This document shows positions 19,924 to 25,933 of a DNA stretch of 32,763 nucleotides, in pieces. A model generated the notes under the pieces. The model was not told the DNA's origin, did no database searches, and saw only the letters and a program-made list of their open reading frames with translations. The position numbers were made by a program, and so were the translations under genes. Within the stretch, counting starts at the first letter, position 1. Each line of letters starts with the position of its first letter. Where the stretch lies: the IMG/VR virus record IMGVR_UViG_3300033415_000009, positions 1-32,763 of that record; one strand, 5' to 3'. This DNA is from a virus (lineage: Duplodnaviria; Caudoviricetes).

Positions 19924-20142
19924 GCTAAAAGGCCCCTTTGCGGGTCAAGTGTGAAATACTATATACCATAAAGCGGATGATTTGTCTGCATTTTGGTTAC
20001 TACTGCACTGTGAAGAAGAAGTTCACAATTTGGTAACTGAATTTTTGTACCAAACATTTTGTTAATGTTCAAAAATTCACCAAGTCGGAAAAAAATTTGA
20101 TATTTCCCCTATACTCCCGACCGTCCGAAACATCTTGATCAC

Positions 20143-20369
20143 CGGCAAAAACCAACAGCCAACAGCCAACAGCCAACAGCCAACAGCCTTTACCTCTTTT
20201 AAGACCCCAACACACAGCCCAGCTAAGACTCAAAGAGATCTGGATCACTTCTCCTGTCTAGGACTGGGCCAGCCTACGGCTGTCCTCAGCCCACACACAA
20301 TTCAAAAAGAATGGAAAAAAGAAGAAGGAATACAGAACAGCCGAACAGCCAAAAACTAATACAGGGTCT
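20143..20369 (+). repeat. Inverted repeat, left arm (227 bp), with (AACAGCC)x5
   Basis: Reverse complement of 21218-21429 apart from heptamer copy number and a few changes in A-rich runs. Confidence 0.97.
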
Positions 20370-20454
20370 TGAGTGGGAGCATTGTACCTATCAGCACGGG
20401 TAATTCTCACGCAAAAGGGGTAAATTTAAACGAAAGCCCTTTGGAGGTATTCTC

Positions 20455-21126
20455 ATGACTCTCGCATCTTCCCTTGTCACACAGGCCCGTTTGCGGGCTG
20501 ACCAAGTGAATTCCCAGTTTGTGACTGACGCTGAGGCCCTCGGTTATCTCAGCTTGGGCTACCAAAACTTTTACGATCTCGTGACACAGTCTAACAATAC
20601 CTACTATGTCAGCCAGTTAGACATCACCCTAATCCCCAATGTGCAAGATTACGCCCTTCCAGCAAACTTTTATAAGCTCTTGGGCATGGATCTCGTGAAC
20701 GCAATAGGCGCCCCTGTTACACTGCGTCCCTTTCAGTGGAATGAGCGGAATCGCTACAAATATGCAGGCCTGACAACCATGGCTGGGCCTGTGTATCGGT
20801 ACAATCTGCTGGGCTCGAATGTCAGGTTTACCCCTATGCCGGGTAGTGGTGTGGTGAAGGTGTACTTCACGCCTCGGGCCGTGTTGCCCACTCTGTTGAC
20901 ATCTGAAATAGACACCATGGGGTTCGACGAGTATTTGATTGTGAGCGTGGCGTTGAAGATGTTGGCAAAGGAGGAGAGTGACACGACCTTGATTCAGGCG
21001 GAGTTGCAACGGCAGACGGAGAGGGTGCAAACGATGCTAGCTGACCAAGATTCCAGCTTTCCCAAGGTCGTGGTGGATGTGGACACCCTCAATGACAATC
21101 TCTATTTGCCGACGTTTTTACGTTAA
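20455..21126 (+). CDS. Head-tail adaptor / tail tubular protein A-like
   Basis: 223 aa with MT...L....R.RAD..NS.FVTD.E...YL, Y.LP..FYKL.G.D, Y...G..VRF.P.P and .DEYLI..VA.K.L.KEESD. GGAGG SD. Confidence 0.78.
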   Translation: MTLASSLVTQARLRADQVNSQFVTDAEALGYLSLGYQNFYDLVTQSNNTYYVSQLDITLIPNVQDYALPANFYKLLGMDLVNAIGAPVTLRPFQWNERNRYKYAGLTTMAGPVYRYNLLGSNVRFTPMPGSGVVKVYFTPRAVLPTLLTSEIDTMGFDEYLIVSVALKMLAKEESDTTLIQAELQRQTERVQTMLADQDSSFPKVVVDVDTLNDNLYLPTFLR

Positions 21127-21217
21127 CCAGAAAACCGTGTTCTTGATTAATATTAATAAAATGGGGAGGCCCTCAAGCGGGGCTCAATGGTTTAGGTCCC
21201 AAACTGCCTTTCCCCCT

Positions 21218-21429
21218 AGACCCTGTATTAGTTTTGGCTGTTCGGCTGTTCTGTATTCCTTCTTCTTTTCTATTTCTTTTTGAATTGTGTGTGGGCTGAG
21301 GACAGCCGTAGGCTGGCCCAGTCCTAGACAGGAGAAGTGATCCAGATCTCTTTGAGTCTTAGCTGGGCTGTGTGTTGGGGTCTTAAAAGAGGTAAAGGCT
21401 GTTGGCTGTTTGGCTGTTGGTTTTTGCCG
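21218..21429 (-). repeat. Inverted repeat, right arm (212 bp), with three GGCTGTT copies
   Basis: Reverse complement of 20143-20369. Confidence 0.97.
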
Positions 21430-21655
21430 TTGGTTTTGTGAGTGCGCTACAGCTCGATCTTAAATACAATAGAAAGAGATATCAAATTCCTTAATATTAT
21501 CAACCCCCCTAATGATACCAAATTGATATTCTTAATGCCAGTCTACTGATATTAGGGAAAATTGAAAGTTATATATTGCATTAAGTATTTGCTTATATTT
21601 TATATCATGATATTTAGGATATATTGTAAACGCTAAAACGAGGTGCCATATAGCA

Positions 21656-22261
21656 ATGGAAAATAGTTTGAAATGTGAAAACGAAATCAAAAAAGCTGGC
21701 AAGCCACGGGGAATAAAGAGATTTCACTCTAACCCTTTTATCGAGTTTAAGGGGGTGCAGTTCAAAAAGACAAAGATCAATTATTTTAAAGTCCTTACAA
21801 ATAAACCAGTTACAGTTGGAGACGAGAAAATAGGTAATAAACTTTTTGCGAAAGTTGAACATGAGGTCAGCGGTGAACAGTTTGTTAAAATCTATGCACG
21901 CTATGCTAGCATTTGGTTTGATCTGAGTCCCGCAGCATTAAAGATTTTTGGACTATTCTATTCAATGATTTTATGCTCCCCAGCGGAGATGACCTATTTT
22001 TACCTGTCTAACTCTGATCCGATTTTAAACCGTTACATCAAAACGCCCACAACCTTTCACAAAGCAATCAATGAATTGATTAAAAACCAAATCATTGCAC
22101 GGCATTTTTCAGAAGGCTGGTACTGGCTAAATCCATTTGTTATGGGGAGAGGGGATCAGCTAAAAATAATCACCGAATTGAAAATGAAAAACAACAAGGC
22201 TTCACATGCGGAAGTTGGGCAATTTTTAGATAAATCAATACCTGAAAAAGTTAAATTCTAA
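21656..22261 (+). CDS. RepL/RepA-like plasmid replication protein (winged-HTH), copy 2
   Basis: NPF, EQFVKIY, FDLS.AA.KIF, TFHKAINELI....IA and G.YWLNP....GD match the RepL-type pattern. GAGGTG SD. Confidence 0.75.
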   Translation: MENSLKCENEIKKAGKPRGIKRFHSNPFIEFKGVQFKKTKINYFKVLTNKPVTVGDEKIGNKLFAKVEHEVSGEQFVKIYARYASIWFDLSPAALKIFGLFYSMILCSPAEMTYFYLSNSDPILNRYIKTPTTFHKAINELIKNQIIARHFSEGWYWLNPFVMGRGDQLKIITELKMKNNKASHAEVGQFLDKSIPEKVKF

Positions 22262-22262
22262 C

Positions 22263-22646
22263 CTAACTCTCCACTTGCACAGTTAATCTCTCATCCCATT
22301 TCTGCTTACCAATAAACTGCACCGCCAATTCAAAGCCATGAACTAGAAACTTCCGCTTGTAAGCGGGGTGCCCTTTGACGGCCATAGTCTCAGCAAAATG
22401 AATAAACTCCTCTTTCACATAGTCGTAGGGATTCACAGTGGATTGGTAGTAGTGATAGGGTTCTTGATCTCCGTATGTTTCTGTTGTCACGTTTTTGTCA
22501 TATGTTTTTAACGTTAGCCAAAACACGGCTAACTCTCGAGGGCCCAGTTGGTAAGCATATTCTGCTTTTTTTGCTAGTGTGAGTGGACTTGGTTTATCCT
22601 GTAGGCTGAGTTTGTTCATTGATTTCAGTTCACTCCAAAAGGTCAT
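22263..22646 (-). CDS. Hypothetical protein
   Basis: 127 aa ORF converging on the RepL-like gene with stops 1 bp apart; fills otherwise empty space. Confidence 0.6.
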   Translation of the reverse strand: MTFWSELKSMNKLSLQDKPSPLTLAKKAEYAYQLGPRELAVFWLTLKTYDKNVTTETYGDQEPYHYYQSTVNPYDYVKEEFIHFAETMAVKGHPAYKRKFLVHGFELAVQFIGKQKWDERLTVQVES

Positions 22647-22706
22647 AAGGGGGGTATCATCTCAACAAAATCCAAATACAAAAATATCCAACTTGCAGAA
22701 AGCCTA

Positions 22707-22952
22707 TTGATGGGCCTTGGTGCCATCCTCCACAGTGAGATGAGGCACATGCAATCAGAGGCTAAAGATGGGCCTTTATCTGCACGCTCATTCAATAAAC
22801 TCATGCAACTCTCCACTCAGGTCAACTGCTATGCACGGGCAAGCCGTGACGTTGTGCAAGCCGATACACTCAGCCATTTCGATGATAAGGATCTCGAGGC
22901 TGCACTGGAACTAGCAACAGGTAAGTTGCGCAGTGTGGGCATGCTCTTATGA
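22707..22952 (+). CDS. Small helical protein, candidate terminase small subunit
   Basis: First gene of the overlapping cluster that leads to TerL, with a C-terminal .DDKDLE motif similar to the TerS LSDEEL tail. The start is uncertain. Confidence 0.35.
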   Translation: MMGLGAILHSEMRHMQSEAKDGPLSARSFNKLMQLSTQVNCYARASRDVVQADTLSHFDDKDLEAALELATGKLRSVGMLL

Positions 22953-23521
22953 ATTTCGAATACCCCCAGTTTGATGTAGCCCACCAGTTGGATCCCACTG
23001 TTCGTCCCTTTGTCATATTTGACACTGCTGGACAGGGAGACAAGGCTTTTGTCTGCGCCACATGGGCCAATTCTTACCAAGGCAAGTTCGTGGGCCAGTT
23101 GTCTAAGTACGAATACAAGCGTTGCCAGTACACGCTCATTGAGGCTGTGCTTGCGTTTCCCACCACTCAGGTATTCGTTGTGCGGTCTGCCGAAGAACCC
23201 ACCTCAGTGTTGGCTTTTGCCGCACTGGATGAGAAGCGCAAAGTGCTTCACTACATGTACTGTAAATTTGAGTACAGGAAGAACGCCTTGTGCCAAAACC
23301 TTGTGTTAGGCAGAGGGCTTAGATACCTCTCTATGTCCCCGGGCTATCGTTTGCCCCAATGGGCCAGCCACCTCTATTTCCACCCCTACATACTCGATGA
23401 GGTCTTCATACATTATGGCAGTGAGCAACAAAAGCGTCAGCACCAGCAGCACCAGCAGCACCAGCAACAACAACAACAGCAACAACAGCCATCCGGAGTT
23501 AGCAGTTCCTCGGAAAATTGA
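22949..23521 (+). CDS. GNAT-fold acetyltransferase-like protein (degenerate)
   Basis: D..FV..TW..SY, V.V......V.AFA and LHY.Y.K.EYRK.ALC..L resemble GNAT motif A. Poly-Q tail. Confidence 0.5.
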   Translation: MNFEYPQFDVAHQLDPTVRPFVIFDTAGQGDKAFVCATWANSYQGKFVGQLSKYEYKRCQYTLIEAVLAFPTTQVFVVRSAEEPTSVLAFAALDEKRKVLHYMYCKFEYRKNALCQNLVLGRGLRYLSMSPGYRLPQWASHLYFHPYILDEVFIHYGSEQQKRQHQQHQQHQQQQQQQQQPSGVSSSSEN

Positions 23522-23708
23522 ATCCCTATTTCTCGCACAACCTGTTCAATATGCGGGTTCCATGCGGACCTTCTTCAGAGCTGATGGAGGTTTTGACATG
23601 CGGAAAGTGGATGGCAATATCATCATCCATAGCCCATCTAAAGGGATGGGGAGAGAACTTGAGATTAGCTTTGCTAACATTTCTGCGGTCGTGTGGAAGG
23701 TGGGTTGA
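23415..23708 (+). CDS. Hypothetical protein upstream of TerL
   Basis: ATG 23415 after GAGGT, with a globular-looking C-terminal part (EISFANISAV). It overlaps the tail of the previous gene. Confidence 0.6.
   Translation: MAVSNKSVSTSSTSSTSNNNNSNNSHPELAVPRKIESLFLAQPVQYAGSMRTFFRADGGFDMRKVDGNIIIHSPSKGMGRELEISFANISAVVWKVG
23438..23489 (+). repeat. CAG/CAC/CAA microsatellite
   Basis: (CAGCACCAG)x3 followed by CAA/CAG triplets. Confidence 0.9.
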
Positions 23709-23735
23709 GCTTGAGTTGATCCGTGAGGGAGTGAA

Positions 23736-25208
23736 ATGCCTATAGATAAAACCAAACTCACGGACTTTGAAAAGCGGATACTTCTTGAATATTACCGCAG
23801 ACATAAGCACCTTTTAGCTGGCCGTGATCCTGTCACTCTATTGAAGCAATCCCTCTTTACCAATCAACAAGATTTTATCTTCTCATCAGACGAACTTAGC
23901 CTTGCCTGCTGTACAAGACGGGCTGGTAAGTCCCATGCGTGTGCCATTGGCCTACTGGTGCAAGCCCTCACACACCCCCATTCAGAGTGTCTTTACATAG
24001 GCCTGACAAGGCTCACTGCAAAAAATATCATGGTGCCCAATATTGAGAGACTGCTGAAATCTTACGAAATAGACTATGAGTTCTTTAAGTCTGAGTTGCG
24101 TTTTGTCTTCAAGAATTCTAGTCAGATTGTTTTGACTGGTGTGGGGGACAGTGTGAAGGGCATCCAGAAACTCTTGGGTGTGGCCTACAACCTTGTGGTC
24201 ATTGATGAGGCCCAGAGTTTCCCCACTCATATCAAAGAGTTGGTCTATGAAGTCCTCATGATTACTATTGCAGAACGCAAGGGTAGGATCCGCATGATAG
24301 GGACCCCGGGCATGATAGCCAGCGGGTTCTTTTACGATGTGTTTCTAGGCAAAGAGATCCAAAGTCGATGGACAACGCACCACTGGTCGTGGACGGCTAA
24401 CGTTGCCGTGAGCTCGCTTATCGAAGAACAAATCAAACGCATGGTGGAAAGCAATCCACTTATTCAGGACACACCTGCATTTAAGCGGAACTATTTAGGG
24501 GAGTGGGTGGCTGACGATGGGAGTCTTGTCTACAAATTTAATGCTCATAAAAACCTTATGGCAATTGAACAAGATGCTGCTATTTCTCTATGCAATCAGT
24601 TTATACTGGGAGTTGACCTTGGATTTATTGATGCCACAGGCTTTTGTGTTGTGGGTTGGGGCCCTCATGATGAACGTGTCTATGTGATAGAAAGCTATAA
24701 GTGCAGTGGGCTTATTCCATCAGAAATCATCAAAGTTATTCAGTCCTACCATGAGAAATATGAGAACAAAATCATAAAAACTGTAGTCGATGAAGGGGGC
24801 TTAGGCAAATCCATAGCAGAGGAGTGGAGGCGTAGGTACCTTGTGGCAATAAGCCCAGCTAAGAAAACAGAAAAGCGCTTATTTATTGAGCATGTCAATG
24901 GGCTCTTCATACAAGGCCTTGTGCAAATAGTTGAGGAATCAAACACACAACTGATAGAGGAGTTGAAGAACCTCGTGTGGCTCAATGATGAGAAACAGCA
25001 TGAACACCCCGCTTGTGATAACCATTTATGTGATAGTTTGCTATATTCTATAAGGGAAAGTTTAAGTTATTTATGGACACCTGAGGTTCACAATGATCCC
25101 ATTAAGGAGCAAGAGGAGAGATTGTTGAAGGCCCATATTCGTGCCGTGCAAGAAAAGGGCAATCCACTTGATAGGTACATGGAGGCAGCAGATGAAGGCT
25201 GGCATTGA
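23736..25208 (+). CDS. terL: Terminase large subunit
   Basis: Walker A RRAGKS, Walker B VVIDEA, coupling motif GTP, R.YLGEW, RNase H-like GVDLG and C-terminal NHLCDSLLY. Confidence 0.95.
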   Translation: MPIDKTKLTDFEKRILLEYYRRHKHLLAGRDPVTLLKQSLFTNQQDFIFSSDELSLACCTRRAGKSHACAIGLLVQALTHPHSECLYIGLTRLTAKNIMVPNIERLLKSYEIDYEFFKSELRFVFKNSSQIVLTGVGDSVKGIQKLLGVAYNLVVIDEAQSFPTHIKELVYEVLMITIAERKGRIRMIGTPGMIASGFFYDVFLGKEIQSRWTTHHWSWTANVAVSSLIEEQIKRMVESNPLIQDTPAFKRNYLGEWVADDGSLVYKFNAHKNLMAIEQDAAISLCNQFILGVDLGFIDATGFCVVGWGPHDERVYVIESYKCSGLIPSEIIKVIQSYHEKYENKIIKTVVDEGGLGKSIAEEWRRRYLVAISPAKKTEKRLFIEHVNGLFIQGLVQIVEESNTQLIEELKNLVWLNDEKQHEHPACDNHLCDSLLYSIRESLSYLWTPEVHNDPIKEQEERLLKAHIRAVQEKGNPLDRYMEAADEGWH

Positions 25209-25246
25209 TGCTAGAATCCAAAAGAACCACTAAAGGATAAACACCC

Positions 25247-25576
25247 ATGAGCGCTAAAGTCATTGGTCCTTACAAGCTCCTAGATGCCACAAGCCTAGGC
25301 GCCACAGTCAGCAGTTTAAGCATTGAAGTGACCCGTCTTATCTACGCAAGTCTAGCCGTGGAGTGGACTGGCACACCCACAGGAAGCCTTGTTGTTGAAG
25401 TGAAAAACGGAGATAGCCCCTGGATTGCAACCACATTTACGCAAGCTTTAAGCGGTGCAGCAGGCACTAAAATGTTTGAATTTACGTTAATGCCATGGGA
25501 AGCCATGCGGCTCACCTACACGCGCACCAGTGGCACGGGTTCTATTTCTGCCCATTTTATTGCAAAAGGTTGGTGA
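25247..25576 (+). CDS. Small beta-sandwich virion protein, paralog 1
   Basis: 109 aa with WTG.P.G.L.V.V.NG..PW and RLTYT..SG.G...A....KG, shared with the next gene. Confidence 0.7.
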   Translation: MSAKVIGPYKLLDATSLGATVSSLSIEVTRLIYASLAVEWTGTPTGSLVVEVKNGDSPWIATTFTQALSGAAGTKMFEFTLMPWEAMRLTYTRTSGTGSISAHFIAKGW

Positions 25577-25582
25577 GTTCAC

Positions 25583-25930
25583 ATGAGTCAAACACGCCGC
25601 TTTATACAGCCTTTTCAGGTCGCTGAGAACTGGAACATGCTGACCTCAACATCGAGTTCCGGCATTGATATTAGCAATGTGGACGACATTTCTATTGTCT
25701 ATTCTTGGACGGGTTCTTCTCCGGTAGGCACGCTGTTTGTCCAAGTGAGGAATGGGGAGACGTGCCCATGGACGAGCTTAGACATTGCACCCCCAGCATC
25801 TATAGCTACCAATTCTGGAAGCAATAACATACAGATAACCAGTGTCAGCTTCCAAGAGCTGAGGCTCACCTACACGGCCTCGAGTGGAAGTGGCACCTTG
25901 AACGCTTGGTTGACAGGGAAGGGGAGGTAA
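25583..25930 (+). CDS. Small beta-sandwich virion protein, paralog 2
   Basis: 115 aa with the same motifs as 25247-25576. Confidence 0.7.
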   Translation: MSQTRRFIQPFQVAENWNMLTSTSSSGIDISNVDDISIVYSWTGSSPVGTLFVQVRNGETCPWTSLDIAPPASIATNSGSNNIQITSVSFQELRLTYTASSGSGTLNAWLTGKGR

Positions 25931-25933
25931 GCC

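Noticed and set aside
20154-20188. Heptamer array as a CRISPR or DGR element
   Set aside because: No spacers, cas genes or reverse transcriptase are present, and the arm differences are not adenine-specific substitutions.
20135-20359. 74 aa ORF with QQPTANS repeats (and the mirror ORF at 21077-21283)
   Set aside because: It lies in the inverted repeat arm, and the two arms differ by indels that are not multiples of three, so it is unlikely to be coding.
21162-21217. Branched stem-loop after the adaptor gene as a terminator or ncRNA
   Set aside because: Pairing (GGGGAGGC with GCCTTTCCCC) is imperfect and has no adjacent U tract, so it is too weak to call by eye.
20143-21429. Insertion sequence or classical transposon with terminal inverted repeats
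   Set aside because: The enclosed gene is a virion adaptor, no transposase is in the window, and I found no target-site duplication at the outer ends.
19095-22646. Possible paralogy between the 123 aa ORF (19095-19466) and the 127 aa ORF (22263-22646)
   Set aside because: The only resemblance is a faint F...GH...F...G[YF] pattern, and their orientations are not mirror-symmetric. It cannot be supported without an alignment.
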